This document shows positions 7,601 through 16,524 of a stretch of DNA of 64,000 nucleotides, one piece after another. The notes under the pieces were generated by a model. The model did not search any database and was not told the DNA's origin. It saw only the letters and a list, made by a program, of their open reading frames with translations. A program made the translations under genes and the position numbers. Origin of the DNA: a virus; the IMG/VR virus record IMGVR_UViG_3300028840_003497, positions 96,001-160,000 of that record. The stretch is one strand, 5' to 3'. Position 1 is the first letter of the stretch, and each line of letters starts with the position of its first letter.

Positions 7601-8531
7601 TCAATACAGAACACCCAGCAAGATCCTTGGCATGGACCCACCCATTGTTCGTCAAAAATGGATGTTCTGCTGTGCAAATTACCTCTGTACTATCAGCAAA
7701 CGAAACCACCCGTAAATCTGACACATCGATAAGCCTGCTCCCGACGCTTTTAACACGCCCGTGACCAACAGCATTCAGCACCACATCGCCATCACGAATT
7801 TCCTCGATGGGAACTTCTTCATCTGGCGTAAGAACATGAGTCCCCTTCACAAAACATTCGTCCGAGACTATTGTACCAAAGTGAGAGTACATCGATTCTG
7901 GATACTTGAACCCATCATCACGAGATAGAGACTGTAACAACGCGATAACGAAGTCCGGCGGATCCCCATTGCTCTCCAGCTCATCGAACTCGCAGCGCGA
8001 CTGCTTGATGATCCCCACACGCGCGTCCGGCATCATCCCGAGAATTCGATTCTTCCACTGCTGAACCAAGAAGTCTTTATGAACAAGGATCAGCGTTCTC
8101 CGCCCCATTCTCCGAGCAAACTCTAAAGCCATTATTGTCTTACCCGCACCAGGAGGAGCCTGAAGAAGAGCGCCGCCCCACTTCCTGTTCTCCAGGGCAA
8201 GTGCTAGTTCATCTAGAGCATCCGCCTGCTCAGCAAACGGACCCTCGGCTTTGAAATTCGTCTGAAGATCTTGCATGGGCTTGCCGTATGAGACGTCCAG
8301 AACCTCCTCATGATCCCCAGAACGTCGCTCCAGATAGTAGTATCTCGGAACACCGATGAGACCCCTTTCGTCGTCCTCCTCGAACAAAAAAATGGGTTTC
8401 GGATCCTCCTTGGTCTGGATGTCCGTCGTCTTCCGTGGCTGAATCGTCAGTTCCTGCTTGATATTGTCAACCTGATACTTGTTCAACTCATCAAGCTGGA
8501 GCCAAGCCATACCAGAAATAATAACCTTCAA
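4638..8531 (-). CDS. Superfamily 2 (DEAD/DEAH-like) helicase with two inteins
   Basis: Walker A APPGAGKT, DE|CH motif II, TATP motif III, EGLD motif V, QIVGRIQR motif VI. Confidence 0.92.
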   Translation of the reverse strand: MKVIISGMAWLQLDELNKYQVDNIKQELTIQPRKTTDIQTKEDPKPIFLFEEDDERGLIGVPRYYYLERRSGDHEEVLDVSYGKPMQDLQTNFKAEGPFAEQADALDELALALENRKWGGALLQAPPGAGKTIMALEFARRMGRRTLILVHKDFLVQQWKNRILGMMPDARVGIIKQSRCEFDELESNGDPPDFVIALLQSLSRDDGFKYPESMYSHFGTIVSDECFVKGTHVLTPDEEVPIEEIRDGDVVLNAVGHGRVKSVGSRLIDVSDLRVVSFADSTEVICTAEHPFLTNNGWVHAKDLAGCSVLTHSECIGMMRRYGTCKNSVVSDVQEAEFCEGRSEVLFEEVFWSGEAQAAGDVRVLRGGGDEAEEDKILFDILSAEMDVGEFQPFYEEAFRRCIKMAQEESAGARGSFASDESVESDVIRKGEKEGVSFFEEHGASSSGEGWKRDRNDRSSIDALGCSRERVEARGGDQNDGQARESRQISRVLQSGLGEQEEDGGCGGGRSVTQTSQSSGAGCKKRSMLNGIRVESVEVLKREDLERFAICTEGDRVRVYNLNVSGHPSYILETGAVVHNCHRVGAGSWAGIIPRFKAAWRLGVTATPRRKDGSQDVFFKHISPITYSVHTKMMRPKLRRVITDSTLKRISRGKYQVSIDNLNSGQIVNQLAADKFRTRHIVDDMVKAVQAGRKLMVVSERLEHLKEMAEQLGGILFGLDLDFVPRIDFYTGQWFSGEVWKETKRGKRGNILHRKGEMKLKNRTSEELAHAESANVIFATKQMCVDGDSIVVDADTGEPLFVRDLCGEEGVRLLSYREGVGDFVPNKIVKAWKTGVKDVLKISCGRGGDNRSVMSLSVSGDHRVMSQRGWVRSDEIVVGDWLMIPGNAQLDGKSDVEVNEAALMGYFIGDGNTSQLASGQAAFFNIDKDIVDNVSFLLSEYNAALCEKDKEPGKYRVVLGGKNGGGVKSKFRKLAESHGLDGCRAWEKKLSDRLLFCDRESAGALIAALIDTDGNVGRKKLEISHCSSSRKLAYQVQHMLLGHGIISFVRSAKRSNSVRRRRYWTVKVAGMFWIKKMMDFVGPYLMPRKRKMLSDLCKLDRAEDGVGLRIPEEQWIHAMRVLRSQGLRKKDIIGSVAVPVGGSIHRNGVHRSLLKSVADATNNEMLLEWSNSDALWVRVVSVESVRSRDVYDFTMEGESNFLCDGFVVHNCEEGLDIPSIDVLVMATPISDVEQIVGRIQRWCFPQDGKCEVACPWRAGKCKQKPQPIVVDVVDEMIVQLNPKYRRRMRFYKKLGTL
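4902..6182 (-). mobile_element. Intein (427 aa) with LAGLIDADG homing endonuclease
   Basis: Starts CVDGDS, ends VVHN|C; LMGYFIGDG and LIAALIDTDG motifs. Confidence 0.92.
6845..7567 (-). CDS. Zinc-finger plus Vsr/DUF559-like endonuclease nested in the +1 frame of the intein
   Basis: CxxC...CSxxC repeats; YKVDLA...VAVEVDGRSH...QDAKK...LMGLGWKVLRFSN. Confidence 0.85.
   Translation of the reverse strand: MGRAKTQSCQMCRKPNSVRAGRKYCSRKCSGAARRKRQAMCEYCGVVETKQKRTRFCSTSCQRKWMSENSSLFTKKLSDAVLKWHKKNPQVREEASRRMKVSNPMSLEKVRRKVSRSLRSMGHRPPVRGGNGTGMTVPQLMLLDALGKGWKPEVAIRTMVKRVNPDRYPASYKVDLANRKRMVAVEVDGRSHKLLSRREQDAKKGRCLMGLGWKVLRFSNERILSDLPSVLREIESVFTT
7576..7604 (-). promoter_or_regulatory. Internal sigma70-type promoter for the nested endonuclease
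   Basis: TTGACG-N17-TATGAT with extended -10 TG; the ATG starts 9 nt after the -10 box. Confidence 0.75.
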
Positions 8532-8594
8532 CCTTCAACCTCCAACAAACCGGACCGCGCAGTGACCAAAAGGCCACTGTCGATCCTTCATTTT

Positions 8595-9482
8595 CTAAAA
8601 TGGAAGATCTCCGTCATCCTGATTGTTTCCAGGACTGAATCTTCCACTACTATCCTGACCACCACCGTAACCGGCCCCCTCGGACCGAGCACCACCACCT
8701 TTTTGACCACTACCGCCACCCATTCCGACGATCTTTGCCATCGTCTCGTAGGAAAGCGGTCTACAAATGTCGTGCCAGTTGCTAATGGGTTCCACATTCA
8801 AGGCATCCGGATCCGCGCCGTGCTGCTGCAGGAATTTAACATAATCCTCTGGAGCAACCCGATCAATGTACTCCCAGGTCTCACCGATACCGGCCTCTTT
8901 ATCGCCGCTTCGGCTCGTATCCCAAACCGTACCCTCCAGACTCTTGCCACGTCGCTCTGCCTGCCACAACAGTTTCTTAAGGACGCCAGGACTCTTCTTG
9001 CTACCCTTCTTCGCGCCAAGAACAACCCGAGGGAAAGCGTCCTCGTGGATCGTGCCTTCCTTGTCCTCCCAAGTTCGATGATGGAGCTTGATACTTCCAT
9101 CATCCAGATACTCAACCTGACCCATGTCAATACCACTGAACATTCCAATGAACGAAGGCCAGTCGTCTCCACCCTCTTTCATGCAAAGCGGGCATCCTCG
9201 ATCATCAATGTTGTTCTTTGCCAAGCATAACGCGTTCCAGTACCCACAACCACGCCACTTGTATAGCCCGTGCTCGTAGTAAGAGAATGGAGATCCATCC
9301 AAAAACAAAAACCGATGTGTAACCGGCTTGCCAGGGAATAGTGGATTTTCCGAAGCGTCCTGCATCCTGAAGCGAAAACGGTAAAGTCGTTCCTCTTCCG
9401 AGAACTTGCCTCCGCCTTCTCCATCTCCGGTGTCTTCGTCGGGAGGAAGATCCCAACCTCTCTGTCCATAATTGCCAATCAT
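8595..9482 (-). CDS. Single-stranded DNA-binding protein (gp32-like)
   Basis: EH...C...CPLC Zn motif, Gly-rich linker, acidic DDGDLPF tail; located between two helicases. Confidence 0.7.
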   Translation of the reverse strand: MIGNYGQRGWDLPPDEDTGDGEGGGKFSEEERLYRFRFRMQDASENPLFPGKPVTHRFLFLDGSPFSYYEHGLYKWRGCGYWNALCLAKNNIDDRGCPLCMKEGGDDWPSFIGMFSGIDMGQVEYLDDGSIKLHHRTWEDKEGTIHEDAFPRVVLGAKKGSKKSPGVLKKLLWQAERRGKSLEGTVWDTSRSGDKEAGIGETWEYIDRVAPEDYVKFLQQHGADPDALNVEPISNWHDICRPLSYETMAKIVGMGGGSGQKGGGARSEGAGYGGGQDSSGRFSPGNNQDDGDLPF

Positions 9483-9600
9483 GTCTCTCTCCTTCTGTGC
9501 TCTTAGCACTAATTAAAGTCTTACAGATCTCTCTGAGATCAGGCGACTAACCTCCTGCGACTCGCGATAATGCACCATCCGTTGCCGTTTGTCAACAGGA

Positions 9601-12204
9601 TCAGAACGGCACTTCCTCACTATCCTCGTACTCATCCGTGTCGTCAGGGATCTCGTCATATTTCATCGAGTCGAAATCCCAGTCAGACAAAACCACATCT
9701 TTCGAAATCTGTCCTCGTCGGAGCTTGAGAGCTTTGAATTTCAAAACCTTGTCATCCCTGTCATCCTTCGACTGCTCCAACGCAAAGACAGCATGAGCAT
9801 CCTGGCCAATCTCGTCAGCAAGCGCAATCGTTCCCAGACGAGCACCTCCCCCTTTTTTCTCGCTCAACTCCGCTGTTCTGTTCTGTTGGGCAAATCCACA
9901 ACAAGCAAATCCAAGCCGTTTAGCAGCACTCTTCATCCACTCCAGAGCACCAATTGCTCTCTCTCGCCTGTCGCCACTGATTTTCAGATCATAGATAGAG
10001 TCTACGGCGACCATATCTGGCTGACACGCACGGATAGCTGCTTCGATGCCTTTTGGTGAAAGATCATCATCAGAATCCATGATCCACAGGTTCTTCAACG
10101 AGCGACTTTTTACAATAGTATTCTCAAGACTTGGAATAGCGAAATCCGATAACTGCCCATGAATAAGATCCTTGTAACTGACGTTCGCTTCGACCACGAA
10201 GAACCTCTCAGCAATCTCCTCTTTGCTCATCTCCGGAGACACGATGAGCGTACGATAACCTTCGGACCATGCGTGCCGGGCGGCAATAACCGCCACGAAT
10301 GTGTTGTGAACAACCATATCATTTGCCACGAACGCATGCCCATCCATAACCGTTAAATCGAACACCCTTTGGACACCGTCATATTTTATCGATTCAACTC
10401 TATCCCAATGATTAACTGTCAAATGTCTCAAGTGTTCTGCGTCAAACGCATCCAGGAAAGCTTCAAATATTCTTCTACTTACAGTTTTTCGTCTATACAA
10501 CTTATTAACGCTGATTCGAGTTGTCATACCTAAGACTGACGACATCGAATCATACCTAGCAACTCTTGGAGCATCAGGAAAACTATTCACTATTCTAAGC
10601 AACTCTTCCTTCAATACAGGTGTCACCGGTATATTGTCAATATTGGGATTAGTAGCATTCTCAAGCAACCCAACCTTGCTGCTTTTACCACCGACTATCG
10701 GGATATTGTTTTTGAACGCATCGTGGGATGTCGAGTAGATCCTGTACACCCAAGAATCAAACATCTCCCCGTTTAGCCTGACTGCTTTATACCGCACTCT
10801 CCCCTGTATCCCGAAGCGCAAGAACAATCGCTGCAACTGATCAATAAGCGTTTTAGATGCCAATCCCACTTCAGCAGTACAATGATCACGTCTGCCATTC
10901 TTGCCCTTGACAAGTGGAAATGACCCATCACAACTCCAAAATGCCCCGAGAAATTTCGCCAATGACTCATTATCATACTGAAATACTCTGTCTGGAATAG
11001 TCTTATTTTTAGACAATGATCTATCACACCCCCAACTATCCCACTTTTCCCAAAAGCTACGACCATTAATCCTGTAACGACCATCATCCTTTCCACGCGT
11101 CATCGGAACAAGTTCACTACCATATATTCGACAAAACCTTTGCACATGACCTATAATTACATTGTCAGCTTTTGTGAAGGTTGGTAGATCTTGCGTCACC
11201 CCACCATCTGCCAACATCATACCTATCAGCATGGATTCTTCATCTCTTACACTAATAGATTCAGTTGGCTCTGGAATCAATCCAGCAGACTCAACATAAT
11301 CTCCAACAACAAGTTCATCGGTTCTTTTCCATCCGTCAACAGTCATCATCGGATGCTCTGGCGTTTGAGACATCTCACGCCCACTATACAATCCAACCCT
11401 TAAACATTCCTTTGTTCCCATATCCAACCACGCATCTGGCGTAACAGGAACAATAGAGCCATCTGATTTTCTGGTAAGCACACAATCTTTGTCCTTTACA
11501 ATCTGTCCAATCGTCTTATACTTCCCCGTAGTTGAAATGTAGGATAATGTATCCATGTGTAGGCATTTGCCAACTCCGGGGCGGGCCACAAACATGGTCA
11601 GTGTCTTTGGCCACATCCCAGCTGTCATATGATCCAGTGTCGGCCATGGAAGCGGCACCCCACGATACCCTCCGGCAACCTTCTTGTACATATCCATTAC
11701 GCCGTCACCAAGAGCGGACATGGATTTTGGCATGCGCGTGCGCGCTAAATATTGGGAAGCCTCCACAATGGCCGTGACACCATTGGAAATCTCTTCCGGA
11801 TTCTCCTTTGTAAACGCGCTGGAAACCACATCCTGAGACACGTAGATGACATGACGAATCGCAGCAGCCTCACGAACAATTCCAGCGTAATGATCAACAT
11901 TAGCCACCGTGGCAACTGCATCAGTAAGATTCGCCAGAGCTATCCCCCCCCCGATCTTCTCTAGGTCGCCATTCTTTTTCAGGCGCTCCCCGAGAGTAAC
12001 GTGATCGACAGGCATGCCATCTGCATCCAAGGATGTCATCGCCTTGAAGATTCTGCGATGTGCTTCTACATAAAAATCCGCCTGCGTAATAACACCCTCG
12101 ATAACCCGAAGTGAATTATTATCCAGCAATATGGACCCCAGAACAGACACCTCGGCTTCATAATTGTAAGGCGGCACTCTCCCTCCAACATCAACCTCTT
12201 TCAA
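9601..12204 (-). CDS. dnaB: Replicative DNA helicase with intein
   Basis: N-terminal PPYNYEAEVSVLGSIL...DFYVEAHRRIF; ARPGVGK|T Walker A; SPEMS; IGQDA. Confidence 0.93.
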   Translation of the reverse strand: MKEVDVGGRVPPYNYEAEVSVLGSILLDNNSLRVIEGVITQADFYVEAHRRIFKAMTSLDADGMPVDHVTLGERLKKNGDLEKIGGGIALANLTDAVATVANVDHYAGIVREAAAIRHVIYVSQDVVSSAFTKENPEEISNGVTAIVEASQYLARTRMPKSMSALGDGVMDMYKKVAGGYRGVPLPWPTLDHMTAGMWPKTLTMFVARPGVGKCLHMDTLSYISTTGKYKTIGQIVKDKDCVLTRKSDGSIVPVTPDAWLDMGTKECLRVGLYSGREMSQTPEHPMMTVDGWKRTDELVVGDYVESAGLIPEPTESISVRDEESMLIGMMLADGGVTQDLPTFTKADNVIIGHVQRFCRIYGSELVPMTRGKDDGRYRINGRSFWEKWDSWGCDRSLSKNKTIPDRVFQYDNESLAKFLGAFWSCDGSFPLVKGKNGRRDHCTAEVGLASKTLIDQLQRLFLRFGIQGRVRYKAVRLNGEMFDSWVYRIYSTSHDAFKNNIPIVGGKSSKVGLLENATNPNIDNIPVTPVLKEELLRIVNSFPDAPRVARYDSMSSVLGMTTRISVNKLYRRKTVSRRIFEAFLDAFDAEHLRHLTVNHWDRVESIKYDGVQRVFDLTVMDGHAFVANDMVVHNTFVAVIAARHAWSEGYRTLIVSPEMSKEEIAERFFVVEANVSYKDLIHGQLSDFAIPSLENTIVKSRSLKNLWIMDSDDDLSPKGIEAAIRACQPDMVAVDSIYDLKISGDRRERAIGALEWMKSAAKRLGFACCGFAQQNRTAELSEKKGGGARLGTIALADEIGQDAHAVFALEQSKDDRDDKVLKFKALKLRRGQISKDVVLSDWDFDSMKYDEIPDDTDEYEDSEEVPF
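10303..11565 (-). mobile_element. Intein (421 aa) with LAGLIDADG endonuclease in the DnaB P-loop
   Basis: Starts CLHMDT, TPEHP block B, IGMMLADG/LGAFWSCDG, ends VVHN|T. Confidence 0.92.
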
Positions 12205-12231
12205 TATTCTACCTCCACTAATTTTGGAATT

Positions 12232-12882
12232 TCATATGTTACGAATTGCCTGCCGAGCTATCTCTTCGCGCTTATCCTCCCCGTACACATGGATAGCCAT
12301 AACATGCTCCTTGAGAGAATGTAGTGTGGACGGCTTGAGAATATCCGACATGGCTTCGCCCTTACCCTTGAGAACCGCATTGGTCGTGATGATCGTCACC
12401 AACTGATTCGCATTTCTCGTACGAATAAGTTCATCAAACAGACGCTCCCCGAAACCAGTTCGGTCCAGTGTGCCCTTGCCAAGATCGTCCAGCACAAGAA
12501 CATCAACCTTCATCGCACGATCCCAGTACGTATCATCTTCGTCAAAGTGATCCTTGCTAATTACAAGACTTTTCAGTGAAGCCGCCTCAATAAACATTAC
12601 CGTGCTGAATCTCCGACGGAACTCCTTGGCGATTATCGCCGCCATCGAAGTCTTACCAGTACCATTCGCTCCCCACAGAAGCATGCCGAGTCCCTGCTCG
12701 CGCATATCCTCCATTTTACGAATGTAACTCTTTAAGATATCGCGCGGGCTCTTCGACTCGCGCTCATCGGCAATATCCGAAACGCCATCACAGTCGACGT
12801 TCCAGTACCGCTTCGGAAGCCGCATCCGAACAAGATCATCCTTCGTTAATTTTCTACGTCTCAGTGTCACAACCTGACCCAT
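12232..12882 (-). CDS. DnaC/IstB-like AAA+ ATPase (helicase loader)
   Basis: GANGTGKT, VLVLDDLG, TIITTN; start moved to MGQVV. Confidence 0.88.
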   Translation of the reverse strand: MGQVVTLRRRKLTKDDLVRMRLPKRYWNVDCDGVSDIADERESKSPRDILKSYIRKMEDMREQGLGMLLWGANGTGKTSMAAIIAKEFRRRFSTVMFIEAASLKSLVISKDHFDEDDTYWDRAMKVDVLVLDDLGKGTLDRTGFGERLFDELIRTRNANQLVTIITTNAVLKGKGEAMSDILKPSTLHSLKEHVMAIHVYGEDKREEIARQAIRNI

Positions 12883-12887
12883 AATAA

Positions 12888-13457
12888 TCACCAGCCATGC
12901 CCAAACGCTTCGTCCTCCGGCTCCTTGTACTCGTCCGAATCGCTCCGCACCTGGGACACGCTCCTTGATGCTACAAACGGCAACCCGCGCTCCGCCATGG
13001 GGAAGATTCGGTCTCGACCACCCCAGAGAAGCTCGACTGTTGGAATCCCAGTCAAGCCACCCTGCCTGCTCTTGACCATCTCTTCCCAATTATCACAGAG
13101 GTAAAAGATCGCCTTCTTTACAAGTTCGCCTCCATACGCCTCTAACAACTTCTTCGCCAACACTCTCTGCTTCACACCCCACCATACTTGGCTTGATGGC
13201 AGTGTCACACTCCAACTGATGCGCTTCGTGATTGCCTCACGAAACCATCCCTGAACATGCTTAGATGTTAACACCTTCCCGAAGGTTTGTCCACATTCAG
13301 TGTTTTCTAGCTCTAACTCTGGCAGTCTGACCTTCGCCGATTTTGCATCCCTCTCGGCCTTTCGGGACCGCTTGGCAATCCTCGACTTCTCGGTCTCTGC
13401 CTTCACCTGTGGAATACGTTTTTTCAACGCACCAAGGCTAAACCTTTTTGTCATCAC
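12888..13457 (-). CDS. Hypothetical protein (possible replication initiation factor)
   Basis: Directly upstream of the dnaC-like and dnaB genes; function from context only. Confidence 0.55.
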   Translation of the reverse strand: MMTKRFSLGALKKRIPQVKAETEKSRIAKRSRKAERDAKSAKVRLPELELENTECGQTFGKVLTSKHVQGWFREAITKRISWSVTLPSSQVWWGVKQRVLAKKLLEAYGGELVKKAIFYLCDNWEEMVKSRQGGLTGIPTVELLWGGRDRIFPMAERGLPFVASRSVSQVRSDSDEYKEPEDEAFGHGW

Positions 13458-13701
13458 GACCCTCCATGACTGTAACCATATGACCCAACACTCGCCGCTT
13501 CATCCCCTTCACAAGAACGAGCAGTTCGACCCATGTCTCCTGGTAATCTCTACCAACCTCAACCTGACAACGATCCGAAAATTCCCGCGCCTCGTAGTCA
13601 TTCATGTCAGTAATTGTCTCACGCCAAGATCGCGCATCATGAACAATGCCGACCCCCCAAACAGTCCTTACTTTATCTCCGATGAAGATCGTGCGAGCCA
13701 A
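13438..13701 (-). CDS. Hypothetical protein
   Basis: ORF overlapping its neighbours. Confidence 0.55.
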   Translation of the reverse strand: MARTIFIGDKVRTVWGVGIVHDARSWRETITDMNDYEAREFSDRCQVEVGRDYQETWVELLVLVKGMKRRVLGHMVTVMEGRDDKKV

Positions 13702-14099
13702 CCTAATACCTCAAACTTCCTAGCCACTACAGGCCGAAGTATTTCATCATGATCCAACATCCACATAGGCGTCCGAAATGTCACCCGCGTCCAGGACCAC
13801 CCGTCAGCCCGCAGGATCGCCTTGCAAACCTCGTCGGCATCCAAACCCGGATGATTACTCACAACGGCACACACGGCCTCCTGTAGCCTGCAGATCCGAT
13901 CCTGCCAGGGCTGTCCTGCATCCTGATCCTCAATCGTTATCGTAACGCCATCTCCGAGTTCAACGAAGGGCCTGTCTGTCCCTGTCAAAAATCTCAGTTT
14001 CTGAACGGTCTGCCCCATTTCATAAAGAATCAACCCGCCCAGATCCAGATCAGAATCCTGGGACATAACGATAGAAACACCTTCGTTTGTCACTTCCAC
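13668..14099 (-). CDS. Hypothetical protein
   Basis: ORF on the coding strand. Confidence 0.55.
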   Translation of the reverse strand: MEVTNEGVSIVMSQDSDLDLGGLILYEMGQTVQKLRFLTGTDRPFVELGDGVTITIEDQDAGQPWQDRICRLQEAVCAVVSNHPGLDADEVCKAILRADGWSWTRVTFRTPMWMLDHDEILRPVVARKFEVLGWLARSSSEIK

Positions 14100-14485
14100 C
14101 TCTGCTTCGCTTGCTGAAAGACATCCGCTGCATGCCGTGAAGAAATATCGTCATCGTACAGCGCCCAGTTCAATAGGGCTGTCACATACATTGTTCCCTC
14201 TTCACCGAGATCCTCCCCCCATTTCTCCGCCACAAAACTATGATGATACAACCCGGTCAGATTCCCTGGGTACATCGTGTAGCAACGACCATCGCGTCTC
14301 ATGATCGACAACGTTACACCACCACCAATGACTTTTTTTATCTCATCGGAAACCGGTGTCGCGAGCAACTGGTAAACCAACCCGTTTCCCGGTGCCCAGC
14401 GGATCATTGACGTAGGACCAGTGACCTGCGCCTCTACTTTTCCCTCCGGTGGAACATTTAATTTGATCAAATTATTGCTTTCCAT
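14090..14485 (-). CDS. Hypothetical protein
   Basis: ORF with SD GGAGGAGG. Confidence 0.65.
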   Translation of the reverse strand: MESNNLIKLNVPPEGKVEAQVTGPTSMIRWAPGNGLVYQLLATPVSDEIKKVIGGGVTLSIMRRDGRCYTMYPGNLTGLYHHSFVAEKWGEDLGEEGTMYVTALLNWALYDDDISSRHAADVFQQAKQRWK

Positions 14486-14557
14486 TCAACCTCCTCCCGG
14501 ATCCCCCGGGTGATCTTGGTTTAACAATGGAGATGATCGCTCAATCTGCGATCAGAG

Positions 14558-14872
14558 TCAACTTCCGGATGCCCTATTCTTGGGAGAACCTCTAGCATTG
14601 TCCTCCTCCGTCACGTAATCCAAGTCTATCTTGATTCTATACTTGCCAGCTATAGCAGCCAGAAACGCTCGCAACGATGAAGCCACGTATCCATTCCTTC
14701 CTACAACCTGACCGACATCTTTTGGATTAGTGTACAACTCCGCCGTAATCCTGTACGGACCAGGGCGAATATTCACTTCTACATCGTCCGGATGATCCAC
14801 GAAGTGGCGAACAATCCCGACAACTTCTTGAACCGCTAATATAATTTCTGGCCCAACCCGTGTGCTACCCAT
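14558..14872 (-). CDS. khpA: KH-domain RNA-binding protein (KhpA/UPF0109-like)
   Basis: IVRHFVDHPDDVEV...DVGQVVGRNG (GxxG) pattern. Confidence 0.8.
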   Translation of the reverse strand: MGSTRVGPEIILAVQEVVGIVRHFVDHPDDVEVNIRPGPYRITAELYTNPKDVGQVVGRNGYVASSLRAFLAAIAGKYRIKIDLDYVTEEDNARGSPKNRASGS

Positions 14873-14881
14873 GACAACCTC

Positions 14882-15199
14882 TCAAAAACCGACGTCTCTT
14901 TTCATCTCCGCCTCATGCTCACGTCTTGCCTCAACAAGTCTAGATGCTTCTTCCATAGAGATGCCACGAGATCTTAGACCGTTAGTTCTGCGCGCCCGAG
15001 CCCGCGCCGCATGCAACTCTTTAACCTGCTGGCTGTATCTCTTAAAAATCCGACGCAGTTTCATTTTGACATCAGCAGGAATATTACCCTCGGACTCAAA
15101 ATACATGCGTGTCCTATCGATAAAATCCCGCGTTTTAGGTGTAACCTTGATACTTCGAAGATCTCTGAGAATCTCCCCAACAGTCATCGTCTCAAACAT
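14882..15199 (-). CDS. Hypothetical protein
   Basis: ORF downstream of a TTGACA promoter at about 15257-15262. Confidence 0.6.
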   Translation of the reverse strand: MFETMTVGEILRDLRSIKVTPKTRDFIDRTRMYFESEGNIPADVKMKLRRIFKRYSQQVKELHAARARARRTNGLRSRGISMEEASRLVEARREHEAEMKRDVGF

Positions 15200-15341
15200 G
15201 TCAACCTTTCAGCATTCTGATCAGACCCTCCCTTTATAAACCATAACGATGACCGTTGTCAAACGCGAGCTGGTCGGAGTCTTGCGAACTCAAGTTCGCG
15301 GGAATATTCGACTCAATTGTTAGGGTAAGTATTGGGAGGGG

Positions 15342-16388
15342 CTAGAGGACTGTCTCGACCTGGATCGCGTTATCAACCAAGAATCCGTTCAAAATCCCGG
15401 CGGCCTCAGTGATCATCTTGGCACTCTGCCCAAAGAGAGTGCTCCTGAATCGGTTGCCCTGCTTCGTCAGTTCGTCCTTGCCTCGGCTGCTGCGCTTGAA
15501 ATTCGTGTATTCGGTGACCGCGTTAAATGCCGCGTAGCCAGTTCCTGCGACACCAGGAATGTCCTGCCCCCTGCCGGTAACAGCGAGGCTCAGCAGCTCG
15601 TTCCTGGCCTTTTCTGCGCGAGTATTACGTTTACCATCTGGCGGGTCCGGGATCAGTTGTTTTCCGAAATCTTCCCACATCGTCGAAGTCATGTTCATCC
15701 GGGAGAGGGCCTTCATGAAATTGTCGGTCCGCTTGCTGCGCTCGTGAGCCTGGCTAATCGCCTGCTGCGCGGCCTCGATCTTCTCCTTCATCGTCTGGGT
15801 ATGCCGGATCCGGATTTCCTTCATAACGTTCTCCTCGCGCGCCGCATCAATAAGAGCCATCCTGATTGTGTTGTAGCAAGCAATCCGAATGTCCGTCTCG
15901 CCGATCCGAACTGAGAAGGTCCCGTCAAATGCGCTGACCAACATCAGGTACTTCTTATGGACGTCTCCGGGCACAATCTCGCTCTCGTCGAACTCGGCCT
16001 GGATCCAGATCACCTTGCCGTCCTTAAAGGAACCCGCGCTGTGGTACTTGAGTGCGCCCGCTTCGATCAGTTTGTCCACAAAATCGAAGGCTTCATAGTT
16101 CTGCAAAGGGGTCCAGCCAATTCCTACAACCCCGAGCGGAGCCTCGTCGGTCTCGCGCATGATCATCTTGTGAGTACCAACCAAGACCTCGCGCATCGGG
16201 GTGGCCGGATCGGGTGTGAAGCTCAGTGGACGCTCAACGACCTTCCAATCCAGATCCGCCTCACGCATGAGGTCCTGTGCAGTCTTTACCTCCTCTTCAC
16301 TAACGTCCACACCGGTCCCTTGCCATGGCATCTCGATCACGATGTCGTCGGTCTTTTGTGTTAATTTTTTTTCGATTTCTTTTGTCAT
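15342..16388 (-). CDS. DUF932 family phage/plasmid protein
   Basis: PW.G.G, LDWKV, PLQNYEAFDF, SAGSF, RIACYNT, IRHT, AFNAVTEY motifs. Confidence 0.88.
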   Translation of the reverse strand: MTKEIEKKLTQKTDDIVIEMPWQGTGVDVSEEEVKTAQDLMREADLDWKVVERPLSFTPDPATPMREVLVGTHKMIMRETDEAPLGVVGIGWTPLQNYEAFDFVDKLIEAGALKYHSAGSFKDGKVIWIQAEFDESEIVPGDVHKKYLMLVSAFDGTFSVRIGETDIRIACYNTIRMALIDAAREENVMKEIRIRHTQTMKEKIEAAQQAISQAHERSKRTDNFMKALSRMNMTSTMWEDFGKQLIPDPPDGKRNTRAEKARNELLSLAVTGRGQDIPGVAGTGYAAFNAVTEYTNFKRSSRGKDELTKQGNRFRSTLFGQSAKMITEAAGILNGFLVDNAIQVETVL

Positions 16389-16524
16389 GATTGGCTCCTT
16401 TTTTCTCCGGCATCTTACCGGGATCGTTTACGGCCTAAAAACAGCTTAAATCCGAAGCACTGCATAGTCAACCATAATTAGGGCGTTTTTAAAACTAATC
16501 AAAAATAACTGCGTATTTAAAAAA

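Larger units (their letters stand above)
6792..7856 (-). mobile_element. Intein (355 aa) in the DECH motif; its endonuclease lies in an overlapping frame
   Basis: Starts CFVKGT, block B CTAEHPF, ends VVHN|C; the in-frame middle has no recognisable nuclease motif. Confidence 0.9.
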
